Made by a program: the position numbers and the translations under genes. The notes under the pieces are model-generated. The model did no database searches. It was not told the DNA's origin and saw only the letters and a program-made list of their open reading frames with translations. Below, one piece after another: positions 8,243 to 17,766 of a stretch of 40,192 nucleotides of DNA. Location of the stretch: positions 1 through 40,192 of the forward strand of contig JAACDY010000172.1 in assembly GCA_009936675.1 (NCBI GenBank), written 5' to 3'. This stretch comes from Bacteroidota bacterium. Lineage in GTDB: Bacteria > Bacteroidota > Bacteroidia > Flavobacteriales > Flavobacteriaceae. Position 1 is the stretch's first letter. Each line of letters opens with the position of its first letter.

Positions 8243-9370
8243 TTATTTTACGGCGGCGCAACCCACCATATTGGTGATGGCTACGGCCTTGGTTGGTGGT
8301 AAGGTGGTATTTCTTTTCAATAATTGGGTCACCAAGTTTTGGGTGACCTCGGTAAAGGACTGCTGAATAGGCGTGGCCTCTTGCAATGCGGCAGGTCTTC
8401 CCACATCGGCCGCTTCTCTCACTGATTGCACCAATGGCAAAGCACCGAGGAAGGGTACGTTTTTGTCTGCAGCCAAATTTTCTGCGCCTTGCTTCCCGAA
8501 AATGTAATATTTATTATCGGGCAATTCCTCAGGGGTGAAATAGGCCATATTTTCGATAATGCCCAAAACTGGGACATCTATATTTGCTTGTGTAAACATG
8601 GCGATTCCTTTTTTGGCATCTGCCAAAGCCACATTTTGGGGAGTACTGACCACCACCGCCCCATTCAAGGGAAGAGATTGTACTATACTCAGGTGAATGT
8701 CACCCGTACCCGGCGGAAGGTCAATGAGTAAAAAATCTAGGTTTCCCCAGTCGGCGTCAAAGATCATTTGATTGAGAGCCTTGGCTGCCATTGGGCCACG
8801 CCAAACCACCGCTTGGTTGGGTTGGGTGAAAAATCCGATGGACAAGACCTTGACTCCATAATTTTCTACTGGTGCCATTTTGGATTTACCGTCCACATTG
8901 ACCGATAGGGGTCTTTTGCCCTCCAGATCGAGCATGGTGGGTATGGAAGGGCCATAAATATCGGCATCCAAAATCCCAACTTTACAACCCATTTGGGCAA
9001 GAGTAACCGCCAGATTGACTGTTACGGTAGATTTTCCTACGCCTCCTTTTCCAGAAGAGATCGCAATAATGGAATCTATACCAGCTATGGGCTGACCCTT
9101 GATGGGTGCTGCTGGAGCAGGAGTTTCTACTTTGGTGTTAATTTTGATTTTGGCCTTGGAATGAACTTTTTCATGCAGTACTTCCATAATGGTGACCTCT
9201 AATTTTTTTCGGGCTTGTAGGCTAGGATTGGTCAAACGAACATCAATGTCGATCTCATCTGCGAAGACCATAATGTTGGTCACGGCCTTGCTGTCAATCA
9301 AGTTTTCTCCTGCTCCTGGTGCAGTGATTGTTTTCAAGGCTTGCACCACCTCTTGCTTGTTCAATTTCAT
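8243..9370 (-). CDS. apbC: Mrp/ApbC/NBP35-family Fe-S cluster carrier ATPase
   Basis: It has an N-terminal DUF59-like domain, the deviant Walker A SGKGGVGKST, and LLIDLPPGTGD. Length is 375 aa. Confidence 0.9.
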   Translation of the reverse strand: MKLNKQEVVQALKTITAPGAGENLIDSKAVTNIMVFADEIDIDVRLTNPSLQARKKLEVTIMEVLHEKVHSKAKIKINTKVETPAPAAPIKGQPIAGIDSIIAISSGKGGVGKSTVTVNLAVTLAQMGCKVGILDADIYGPSIPTMLDLEGKRPLSVNVDGKSKMAPVENYGVKVLSIGFFTQPNQAVVWRGPMAAKALNQMIFDADWGNLDFLLIDLPPGTGDIHLSIVQSLPLNGAVVVSTPQNVALADAKKGIAMFTQANIDVPVLGIIENMAYFTPEELPDNKYYIFGKQGAENLAADKNVPFLGALPLVQSVREAADVGRPAALQEATPIQQSFTEVTQNLVTQLLKRNTTLPPTKAVAITNMVGCAAVK

Positions 9371-9429
9371 CTCCAGCCAACTTATTTTTGGAATTACAAA
9401 TATACTCTAATCTACTCGGAAACAAAAGT

Positions 9430-9765
9430 TTAGATTTCAAAGGGTGGTAGGGCCGCATTGGGATCCCAAAAAAAGTCTTTAAAATCAATGATTTGATCAT
9501 TTTTAACGGAGATTCCCTCATTTTCGAGAAGTTGTTGCATCAATTTGGATCCAGGGAAATGGTGCTTTCCAGTCAATAAACCATTGCGGTTGACAACCCG
9601 ATGGGCGGGCACTTCGGGCCGCTGATGGGAGGCGTTCATGGCATAACCTACCATTCTAGCACTCTGGGGATGACCCAAATAACGGGCGATGGCACCATAG
9701 GAAGTAACCCTCCCAGGCGGAATCTTTTGAACGACTGCATAGACCTGATCAAAAAATAAAGACAT
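9430..9765 (-). CDS. MGMT-family alkyltransferase-like (ATL) protein; active-site Cys replaced by Ala
   Basis: The DNA-binding domain is IPPGRVTSYGAIARYLGHPQSARMVGYAM. The usual PCHRV acceptor motif reads VPAHRVVNRNG. Length is 111 aa with no N-terminal domain. Its ATG overlaps the trmB stop (ATGA). Confidence 0.8.
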   Translation of the reverse strand: MSLFFDQVYAVVQKIPPGRVTSYGAIARYLGHPQSARMVGYAMNASHQRPEVPAHRVVNRNGLLTGKHHFPGSKLMQQLLENEGISVKNDQIIDFKDFFWDPNAALPPFEI

Positions 9766-10439
9766 CAGTTGAATTGAAATTGAAGATAGGTGATGGGTAT
9801 GTTTTGCTCTAAAAACATTTTTTCATAGAAGGTTTGTATTGCCACCGCACTTTGCGGAGCATGGGGATTGTTGTAAATGTCGTGGTGGGCATAAAGCAAG
9901 TGGTAGGCCGGATCGTGCATCAATCCCAAAGTATAACCGTGTAAAAAGGCGCTGTCGGTTTTGAGATGAACACTGCCCTGATCTTGCAGTATCTTTTGAT
10001 ATCGATTCAAAAAAGCTGGATGGGTCAATCGGTGTTTGCTTCTTTTGAATTTGATCTGCGGATCGGGAAAGGTGATCCAAATCTCGGACACTTCACCATC
10101 GGCAAAAAGGGTATCAATCAACTCGATTTGCGCACGGACAAAGGCAATATTTTCCCTGTTTTCTTCCAGTGCTGTTTTGGCACCCCTCCAAAAGCGTGCG
10201 CCTTTGATATCAATACCTATGAAATTCTTGTCGGGATTTTGAGTGGCCAAATGGAGGGTGTACTCCCCTTTTCCACAGCCCAACTCCAATACGATGGGGC
10301 GGTCATTCCCAAAATACTTTTGGTGCCAGTGGCCTTTGAGCTCAAAAGCATCTTTTTCTAATTGCTCTCGCGAAGGCTGAATGACGTTTTTGAAGGTTTG
10401 ATTCTCCTTAAATCGTTTGAGTTTGTTTTTACTTCCCAT
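9765..10439 (-). CDS. trmB: tRNA (guanine46-N7)-methyltransferase
   Basis: The SAM motif is VLELGCGKGEYTLHLA, with IGIDIKG and WITFPDPQ also present. Length is 224 aa. Confidence 0.9.
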   Translation of the reverse strand: MGSKNKLKRFKENQTFKNVIQPSREQLEKDAFELKGHWHQKYFGNDRPIVLELGCGKGEYTLHLATQNPDKNFIGIDIKGARFWRGAKTALEENRENIAFVRAQIELIDTLFADGEVSEIWITFPDPQIKFKRSKHRLTHPAFLNRYQKILQDQGSVHLKTDSAFLHGYTLGLMHDPAYHLLYAHHDIYNNPHAPQSAVAIQTFYEKMFLEQNIPITYLQFQFN

Positions 10440-10476
10440 GGCCTTAAATCAGATGACAAATTTAGCCAATGAGAAA

Positions 10477-11544
10477 TTAATCTTGGGTAGATCTTACCTC
10501 TTTGGTGACCCGCTGGAGGGAAAAAGAAAATTCGGACCCTGCCCCGGGGGTACTTTCGACCAAAAGTTTTTCCTGATGGGCTTCGATAATGTGCTTGACG
10601 ATGGACAAGCCCAATCCCGAACCTCCTGCTTTCCGATTTCCAGATTTGTCCACCCGATAAAAACGCTCGAAAAGTCGGGGCAAGTGCTCCTCTGCTATCC
10701 CTTCCCCATTGTCAGAAATCTTGACCAATATCTTTTCTTCGTTCAGTTCTTCCAAGCTCACTTCAGTTTTTCCGTTTTTTACGCCATACTTCAGTGAATT
10801 GACAATCAAATTGGTCAATACCTGCTGTATCCTTTCTTCATCGGCAAAAACCTGATAAGACTGGGTGTACTCCCGATCAAAACCGATTGAAATTTTGTTT
10901 TTAATGGCTTGCATCTCGAGCAAATCAAAAACGTTTTCGATCAACTCATTGATGTCAAAAAAAGTCCTGTCGATGGTTTTAATACCAGATTCAAATTGGG
11001 TGATCAAGTCCAAATCTTTGACCACATAAATCAAGCGTTACACACCCTTAGCCGTTCTTTTGAGGTATTTTTCTCTGACATTTTTGTCTCCAATGGCTCC
11101 CTCCAACAAAGTGAGTACATAGCCCTGTATGGTAAACAAAGGGGTTTTTAGTTCATGGGATATATTTCCGATAAATTCCTTTCGGTAGTCTTCCTTTTCT
11201 TTGAGGGTCTCAATTTCTAGTTTTTTGTCGTCGGCAAACTTTTGAACACTTTCCCGAAGAGCCTCCATATCAGATTGAACAATTTGTTGGCTCATTGATA
11301 CGCCCGAGGGAGAAAGATCGTTGTAAATGCCCTTGATTTTATTGAGAATAAACCTTTCAATTCGATAATTGATTAGGAACACTGAAAAAATAAAGAATAA
11401 CAAAAGCATAATTGCCACCAACAGCAGAATTTCGGTATCGGGTTTTAGGTCGATGACTAAAAATAAAAGAGTCATCATCAAGACCAACAATCCAACCAAA
11501 ATGGCCGACAAACGAAATGCAACTCTAAAATTCTTAATTCTCAA
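10477..11544 (-). pseudogene. Two-component sensor histidine kinase (HisKA + HATPase_c), interrupted by an in-frame TAA at 11038..11040
   Basis: The 5' ORF has two TM helices and the H-box ISHELKTPLFTIQGY, and ends ...KRTAKGV-TAA. The same frame continues RLIYVVKDLDLITQ... with an N-box (LTNLIVNSLKY), G1 (DNGEGI) and G2 (GSGLGLS). The total of 1068 nt is divisible by 3. Confidence 0.85.
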
Positions 11545-11552
11545 AACGGGAA

Positions 11553-12245
11553 TTATTTGGAGGGTTGAACAAATTTATAACCCACGCCTTTGACAGTCTT
11601 GAAATATTTGTCCCCCACTTTTTCTCTGAGTTTTCGGATGTGAACATCTATGGTTCTATCCCCCACTACTACTTCACTCCCCCAAACGACTTCCATGATT
11701 TTTTCTCTTTTGACCACCTTATCTGGTTTGGAAGCCAAAAGGTAAAGGAGTTCAAATTCTTTTCGGGGTAAGGAGAAGGTTTTCCCTTTGTGGGTGACTT
11801 CATACTGTTCTTTTTCAATGATGAGTTTGCCCAGTTGGATTTTATCTTGATTTTCTTCTTCTTTTTTGAGGCGACGTAAAAGAGCTTTGACTTTGGAAAC
11901 AATGATTTTGGGCTTGATGGGCTTGGTAACATAGTCGTCTGCGCCAGCATCAAAAGCCGCTACGTAGGAATAATCTTCCCCCCTAGCGGTGAGAAACATG
12001 ATGATTGTGTCGTTAAAAGTAGGATCGCTACGCAATTCTTCACAGGCTTCAATACCATCCATTTCAGGCATCATCACATCCATGATGATTAAATGAGGGG
12101 TGTTTTTTTGAGCCTTCTGTAGGGCCTCTTATCCATTGGAGGCTGTCTTTACGTTGTATCCCTCTTGTTCTAGGTTGTATCTTATGATCTCAATAACATC
12201 GGGTTCATCGTCAACCAACAATATTTTAATATCCTTTTTTTTCAT
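11553..12245 (-). pseudogene. OmpR/PhoB-type response regulator, interrupted by an in-frame TAA at 12129..12131
   Basis: From ATG 12245 it reads MKKKDIKILLVDDEPDVIEIIRYNLEQEGYNVKTASNG-TAA-EALQKAQKNTPHLIIMDVMMPEMDG. The receiver Asp and YVTKP are present, then a winged-helix output domain (LPRKEFELLYLL...TVKGVGYKF). The total of 693 nt is in frame. Confidence 0.85.
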
Positions 12246-12376
12246 CAATTCTCTAATTTACTAATATAAAGATTTATCCCTTCATAGGGTTAAAAATACG
12301 TTTGTAAGCGTTCACAAATCATAATCGACATTAATTTTATTAAATTTGGGAAAATTTATCTAATAAAAATCTGACT

Positions 12377-12703
12377 TTGCGACTTGCACTGCTCTTTTTG
12401 TATCTTCTCTCAATGCATTTTGTTACTGCACAAAATGCACAAGGGGATTCTAGTAGTGCTATTTCGACAGAAAAATTAAGCTTTCAGTTGTATCCCAATC
12501 CCTATGCAGGGGGTAAGCTCCACGTTGTCTCCCATCCTACTGACATCAAAAACATAGTGATTCTCAATATTTTGGGTGAAGTGGTTTTTCAAATCACCAC
12601 TTATGAGAATTATGTAATGCCCAACAACCTCACCAGTGGGATCTACATTGTGAAAATCCAACAGGGATCCCAACAAGGATTGAGCCGTTTGGTGGTGCCT
12701 TGA
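12377..12703 (+). CDS. Minimal T9SS C-terminal-sorting-domain protein (signal peptide plus CTD only)
   Basis: It starts at TTG. The signal peptide is MRLALLFLYLLSMHFVTAQ. After about 15 residues a T9SS type-A CTD pattern begins: LYPNPYAGGKLHV...VILNILGEVVF...LTSGIYIVKIQQGSQQGLSRLVV. Length is 108 aa. Confidence 0.6.
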   Translation: MRLALLFLYLLSMHFVTAQNAQGDSSSAISTEKLSFQLYPNPYAGGKLHVVSHPTDIKNIVILNILGEVVFQITTYENYVMPNNLTSGIYIVKIQQGSQQGLSRLVVP

Positions 12704-12716
12704 TTGTGCCAACAAA

Positions 12717-13703
12717 ATGATCATCGAAAATTTGGAAAATTTTTGGGAAATCGACAGCCAAGCTGCCTTTGAAGCTTTGGCCGTAAAAACCTTTTATTTT
12801 CAATACGAAAACAACAAGGTTTACCGATCTTTTTGTGATCTGATCAACTGTCACCCTTCTGAAGTTGCTGCAGTAAAAGACATTCCCTATCTGCCCATTT
12901 CTTTTTTCAAATCAAAAAGGATATGCTCCTTTGCGTCAGAAAATATGGATTTTTTTAGTTCCAGTACCACCTCCGGCGGAAGTCCTTCAAAGCATTATTA
13001 CCGTCAACTGGAAGATTATCAAATGAGTTTCCGCAAGGGATTTGAACATTTTTTTGGAGCCATTGAAGATTTTAGAGTACTGGCTCTTTTGCCCTCTTAT
13101 ATGGAAAGATCGGGTTCCTCTCTCATTTATATGGCCAATGATATGATCCGCAATAGTGCTCAGCCAGAAAGCGGTTTTTACCTCAATCAATGGGAATCCC
13201 TGAAAAAAACCATCGACCAAGGGGAAGAAAAAGGTCAAAAAACACTGTTGTTGGGGGTATCTTTCGCCCTACTGGATTTGGTAGAGCAGTATTCATTTAA
13301 CCTTCAGCATACCTGGATTATGGAAACCGGAGGAATGAAAGGCAGGAGAAAAGAATTGACCCGCGAGGCCTTGCACGACCAACTGAAAAAGGGTTTTGGA
13401 GTTTCCAAAATTTACTCGGAGTACGGGATGACCGAATTACTCTCTCAAGCCTATTCCAAAGGGGAAGGGGTTTTTGAATGTCCCCCCTGGATGCGAGTCT
13501 CTGCCCGGGAGAATCAAGATCCTTTCCATCTGCTCCCTTGGGGACAAAGCGGGGGGTTGAATGTCATTGATCTGGCCAACCGCGACAGCTGCGCTTTTAT
13601 TGCAACAGAAGACCTCGGCAGGATTCATTCCAACTCACGCTTTGAAGTCTTGGGACGTTTGGATGCAACAGAAATACGGGGGTGCAACTTAATGGTGGTC
13701 TAG
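12717..13703 (+). CDS. LuxE/PaaK-like acyl-protein synthetase / adenylate-forming family protein
   Basis: It matches the conserved Bacteroidota pattern: [51 protein letters not shown]. Length is 328 aa. Its end converges on and overlaps tyrS by 4 nt. Confidence 0.65.
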   Translation: MIIENLENFWEIDSQAAFEALAVKTFYFQYENNKVYRSFCDLINCHPSEVAAVKDIPYLPISFFKSKRICSFASENMDFFSSSTTSGGSPSKHYYRQLEDYQMSFRKGFEHFFGAIEDFRVLALLPSYMERSGSSLIYMANDMIRNSAQPESGFYLNQWESLKKTIDQGEEKGQKTLLLGVSFALLDLVEQYSFNLQHTWIMETGGMKGRRKELTREALHDQLKKGFGVSKIYSEYGMTELLSQAYSKGEGVFECPPWMRVSARENQDPFHLLPWGQSGGLNVIDLANRDSCAFIATEDLGRIHSNSRFEVLGRLDATEIRGCNLMVV

Positions 13704-14995
13704 ACGACCTTTACAATAAAATAATTTTTTTTACCCCTTTGTAGTAAAATGTATTGGTCATCGATCAAATCACTAGATCCAATGGCATAACTCTCATTTA
13801 CCTTGGTTTTGTTTACAGAAATGGAGTTTTCACTCAGTGCCCTACGGGCCTCTCCATTGGATTTTAAAAAGGAGGTGTGGGAAGCCAACAAGGCGATCAT
13901 GTCAATGCCATTGTTCAAATCAGAACGAGAAATCTCCGACTGGGGAACCCCTTCAAAGACCTCCAAAAAGGTTTGGCGATCAAGGTTTCTTAAATCCTCA
14001 GCCGTGGATCGACCGAATAAAATTTGACTGGCTTGAATGGCTTTTTGTAAATCTTCCTCAGAATGAACCATACGGGTGACCTCCTCGGCAATGGTTTTTT
14101 GCAGTAACCTCATATGAGGGTTTTCTTGGTGTTGCACGATCAAACCCTCTATGGTGACCTTGTTCAAAAGGGTGAAAATTTTAATGTAGTTTTCAGCATC
14201 CTCGTCAGAAGCGTTCAACCAATACTGATAAAACTTGTAGGGAGAGGTTCGGGTCTTGTCCAACCAAACATTACCCCCTTCTGTTTTCCCAAATTTTGTT
14301 CCATCGGCCTTGGTTATTAATGGACAGGTGATGGCATAGGATTTTCCGCCCAACTTGCGTCGGATCAATTCTGTTCCCGTGGTGATATTCCCCCACTGAT
14401 CACTGCCGCCCATTTGCAACTTGCAGTTCATGTTTTGATAGAGGTGTAAAAAGTCATAGCCCTGCAGCAATTGGTAGGTAAATTCGGTAAAAGACATGCC
14501 CACTTTGGCATCGCTGCCAAGGCGTTTTTTTACGGAGTCCTTGGCCATCATATAGTTGACGGTCAAATGCTTACCAATATCACGAGAAAAATCGATCAAA
14601 CTGAAGTCTTTGGTCCAATCATAGTTGTTGACCAATTGAGCCGCTTTGGGGTTGGCGGGATCAAAATCAAGAAATTTTTGCAGTTGGTTTCTAATGCCAT
14701 CCACGTTTTTCTGTAATGCCTCTGCATCCAAAAGATTTCTTTCGTCGGACTTTCCAGAAGGATCGCCAATCATTCCTGTGGCTCCACCCACTAGAGCAAT
14801 AGGCCTATGACCCGCCCTTTGAAAATGGATCAAAATCATGATTTGCACCAAGCTACCAATGTGAAGGGAATCGGCCGTTGGATCAAAACCAATATAACCC
14901 GATGTGATGTTTTGGTTCAAATGATCCTCTGTTTCGGGCATAATGTCGTGCAACATGCCTCGCCAACGAAGTTCTTCTACAAAATTTTTCTGCAT
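13700..14995 (-). CDS. tyrS: Tyrosine--tRNA ligase
   Basis: The HIGH motif reads DSLHIGSLV and the KMSKS-equivalent reads KFGKT. A C-terminal S4-like domain is present. Length is 431 aa. Confidence 0.95.
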   Translation of the reverse strand: MQKNFVEELRWRGMLHDIMPETEDHLNQNITSGYIGFDPTADSLHIGSLVQIMILIHFQRAGHRPIALVGGATGMIGDPSGKSDERNLLDAEALQKNVDGIRNQLQKFLDFDPANPKAAQLVNNYDWTKDFSLIDFSRDIGKHLTVNYMMAKDSVKKRLGSDAKVGMSFTEFTYQLLQGYDFLHLYQNMNCKLQMGGSDQWGNITTGTELIRRKLGGKSYAITCPLITKADGTKFGKTEGGNVWLDKTRTSPYKFYQYWLNASDEDAENYIKIFTLLNKVTIEGLIVQHQENPHMRLLQKTIAEEVTRMVHSEEDLQKAIQASQILFGRSTAEDLRNLDRQTFLEVFEGVPQSEISRSDLNNGIDMIALLASHTSFLKSNGEARRALSENSISVNKTKVNESYAIGSSDLIDDQYILLQRGKKNYFIVKVV

Positions 14996-15072
14996 TGCTT
15001 TGATTTGAAAGCAAAGATAGATTTATGCCCTAAAACAAAAAATTATTCTTTAAAAAGCATTAGTTTTAGTTT

Positions 15073-16044
15073 ATGATTTTATTGACCGGAGCAACAGGAT
15101 TTATCGGTTCTCATTTGATGTGTCATTTGGCACAAAAAGACATTTTTCCCGTGGCCATGTTCCGACATGAGTCAAATAAAAAAAGGGTTTGGAAACAATT
15201 TGAATCTCAATTTGCCGATGCCCAAAAACGCTTTGATAAAATCACTTGGAGAAAAGCGGACTTTAGAGACCTGCCCAGTTTGGATGCTGCCTTTGAGGGA
15301 ATCAGTCATGTGTACCATTGTGCTGGCTATATTTCCTTGGCACAACGCGATGCCAAAAAACTACTGGAGATCAATGAAAAAGGGTCTGCCTACTTGGTCA
15401 ATCTGTGTTTGTCCCATTCGGTCAAAAAATTGGTTTATGTCAGCTCCATAGCTGCCCTAGGCAACGACCCCTCTATATCAGTCATCGACGAAAACACCCC
15501 TTGGGACAACAATATCGACAAAAACCCTTATGCCTATTCCAAATACGGAGGGGAAATGGAAGTGTGGCGGGCCATGCAAGAGGGGCTGAATGCAGTCATC
15601 GTCAATCCGGGTATCGTACTGGGAAAAGACAGTCCCATTGAAACATTACTCCTACGACACAAAAAAGGCTTGAGGTGGTGTACCACCGGAAATAATGCTT
15701 TTGTGAATATCCAAGATGTCATCACCCTTATGGATAAACTGATGGATTCCAAAATCGAAGGAGAACGCTTTATTTTGGTAGCCGAAAATTGGTCTGGAAA
15801 AGTTATGGTAGAAACACTCCTCAAATCCGGAGATTTTCGTCCGAGGGTGTTTTTTATTCCCAAAGGTTTTTTGTACTTCTTGTGGGGATTGGAACATCTG
15901 ATGCAACTGCTGGGCATCAGAAGACGTTTCTTGACCCGCGCCATTATTTCTGGTCAATACGAGCAAAAAACCATTGACGGAAGCAAAATAAAATCCTTTG
16001 TAGATTTTGAGTACTCCCCCATCACAAAGTTGATTTTCGACTGA
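15073..16044 (+). CDS. NAD-dependent epimerase/dehydratase family (extended SDR) protein
   Basis: The N-terminal Rossmann motif is LLTGATGFIGSHL and the catalytic YxxxK reads YAYSKYGGE. Length is 323 aa. Confidence 0.8.
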   Translation: MILLTGATGFIGSHLMCHLAQKDIFPVAMFRHESNKKRVWKQFESQFADAQKRFDKITWRKADFRDLPSLDAAFEGISHVYHCAGYISLAQRDAKKLLEINEKGSAYLVNLCLSHSVKKLVYVSSIAALGNDPSISVIDENTPWDNNIDKNPYAYSKYGGEMEVWRAMQEGLNAVIVNPGIVLGKDSPIETLLLRHKKGLRWCTTGNNAFVNIQDVITLMDKLMDSKIEGERFILVAENWSGKVMVETLLKSGDFRPRVFFIPKGFLYFLWGLEHLMQLLGIRRRFLTRAIISGQYEQKTIDGSKIKSFVDFEYSPITKLIFD

Positions 16045-16067
16045 GGGATTGAAACAACAGTAAAACG

Positions 16068-16427
16068 CTACTCCTCTTTGATGCGCATTGATTCATTAAT
16101 GCTGTCATTAAGTCTGTCGAGCTCCAATTGAATTTTTTTAAAAATAGGGACGTATTTTTTGGGGTTTTTGGCATAATAGGATTGACTGGAGGCCAATTGT
16201 GCGCTATCGATACCGTGTTTTTCATAGAGATATTCGGCCACCAAAAGATCTTCTTTATCCTGAATATAGGAAGCTTCGCGTTTGATGTTTTTCATCAAAA
16301 TAATGTCCGTCATAACCTCGCTCATTTGATCGGGAGGGATCAAATCATTGGGCGGCTTGTTGTCCCCCGTCGCTGTACAGGAAGAAACTACAAGGGAGAG
16401 AAGGAAAATATTTTTTTTCATGTTCAT
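16068..16427 (-). CDS. DUF4296-like lipoprotein
   Basis: A lipoprotein signal (LLSLVVSSC) is followed by LIPPDQMSEVMTDIILMKN. Its position just downstream of dihydroorotase is typical for Flavobacteriia. An ATGA overlap links it to the upstream gene. Confidence 0.65.
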   Translation of the reverse strand: MNMKKNIFLLSLVVSSCTATGDNKPPNDLIPPDQMSEVMTDIILMKNIKREASYIQDKEDLLVAEYLYEKHGIDSAQLASSQSYYAKNPKKYVPIFKKIQLELDRLNDSINESMRIKEE

Positions 16428-17761
16428 CGATCAAAAGTAAGTTTTTTACCCAATGCACTTTCGATAATTTCTCCATCATCGTACACCAGATTCCCATTGA
16501 CAAAGGTCTTGATGATGGTGGCTCCAAAAGTAGTTCCCTCAAAAGGAGACCATCCGCACTGATAGCGCAAATCTTCTTTGACAACTGTATGTTTTTTATT
16601 GAGATCGACCAAAACCAGATCGGCAAAATAACCTTCACGAAGAAAACCACGGTTTTGAATTTTAAACAGTATTGCTGGATTGTGACAGGCTTTTTCGACC
16701 AGCTTTTCCAGCGAAGTTTTGCCCTGTTGTACGGCGGTCAATAGGGCAACATAGGCGTGTTGCACCAAAGGCCCCCCCGACGGAGCTTTGGTGTAGGGGT
16801 TTTGCTTTTCTTCAAGGGTATGGGGGGCATGGTCTGTGGCCAATACATCAATTTTGTCCTCGTTGAGGGCTTTCCAAAGAGCCTCTCGGTCACTGGCTTT
16901 TTTAACCGCAGGATTCCATTTGATCAAGGTTCCCTTTTGAGCATAATCTTCTTCCGAAAACCAAAGGTGATGCACACAGACCTCGGCAGTTATTTTCTTT
17001 TCTGCCAATGGCTTTTCGTTGGAAAATAATTCTGTTTCAATGGCCGTAGACAAATGAAAAACATGCAAGCGAGCTCCAGTGGCTTTGGCTAGGTGAATGG
17101 CACGTGAAGAAGAACGATAACAAGCGGCCTCACTTCTGATTTCTGGGTGCTTTTCAATAGGGATATCGTCTCCGTATTGAGCGATGTGTTCCGCTAAGTT
17201 TTTTCGGATGGTGTTTTCATCCTCGCAATGAACGGCAATGGGGATGTCGGTACTGGAAAAAATCTTTTGCAATACCTGTTCATCGTCTACCAACATATTG
17301 CCAGTAGAAGACCCCCAAAACAATTTGAGTCCTGCCGCTTGGGTGGTATCAAAAGTCTTGATTTCTTCCAGATTGTCATTGGTTCCACCAAAGAGAAAAC
17401 CATAATTGGCGATGGAGGTTTTTGCTGCCCTGTCCAATTTGTCCTCTAAGGCGTTTTGGGTAGTGGTTTGGGGATTGGTATTGGGCATTTCTATAAAGGA
17501 GGTAATCCCCCCTGCCACCGCTGCACGAGACTCTGAGGCAATGGTAGCCTTGTGCGTCAGACCAGGCTCCCTAAAGTGGACTTGGTCATCGATCCAACCT
17601 GGCAACAAATGAAGACCCGTAGCATCAATGAGTTCCTCACTCCCAGTAGGGGCAATGTGATGGCTGATTTTCGCGATTTTTTCCCCTCGAATCAAGAGGT
17701 CTTTTTGGCAAAGTTCACCTTCATTGACCAATTGGGCATTTTGTATTAATATTTCCCTCAT
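16424..17761 (-). CDS. pyrC: Dihydroorotase / cyclic amidohydrolase family protein
   Basis: Amidohydrolase-fold motifs are present: PGWIDDQVHFREPGLTHK, AVHCED, VFHLST, ATDHAPH. Length is 445 aa. Confidence 0.85.
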   Translation of the reverse strand: MREILIQNAQLVNEGELCQKDLLIRGEKIAKISHHIAPTGSEELIDATGLHLLPGWIDDQVHFREPGLTHKATIASESRAAVAGGITSFIEMPNTNPQTTTQNALEDKLDRAAKTSIANYGFLFGGTNDNLEEIKTFDTTQAAGLKLFWGSSTGNMLVDDEQVLQKIFSSTDIPIAVHCEDENTIRKNLAEHIAQYGDDIPIEKHPEIRSEAACYRSSSRAIHLAKATGARLHVFHLSTAIETELFSNEKPLAEKKITAEVCVHHLWFSEEDYAQKGTLIKWNPAVKKASDREALWKALNEDKIDVLATDHAPHTLEEKQNPYTKAPSGGPLVQHAYVALLTAVQQGKTSLEKLVEKACHNPAILFKIQNRGFLREGYFADLVLVDLNKKHTVVKEDLRYQCGWSPFEGTTFGATIIKTFVNGNLVYDDGEIIESALGKKLTFDR

Positions 17762-17766
17762 TGAGT

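Noticed and set aside
12302-12317. The near-palindrome TTGTAAGCGTTCACAA in the divergent promoter region between the response regulator and the T9SS mini-protein, considered as a CRP/FNR-like or autoregulatory operator.
   Set aside because: The half-sites are imperfect and the spacing (TGTAA-N4-TCACA) does not fit the TGTGA-N6-TCACA class. It is a single occurrence with no supporting repeat.
16424-17761. The dihydroorotase metal-binding HxH motif reads DDQVHF (Gln instead of the first His), considered as another loss-of-function substitution.
   Set aside because: I believe this variant is typical of the Bacteroidota dihydroorotase subfamily rather than a lesion in this genome. I cannot verify that without an alignment, so it is not reported as a finding.
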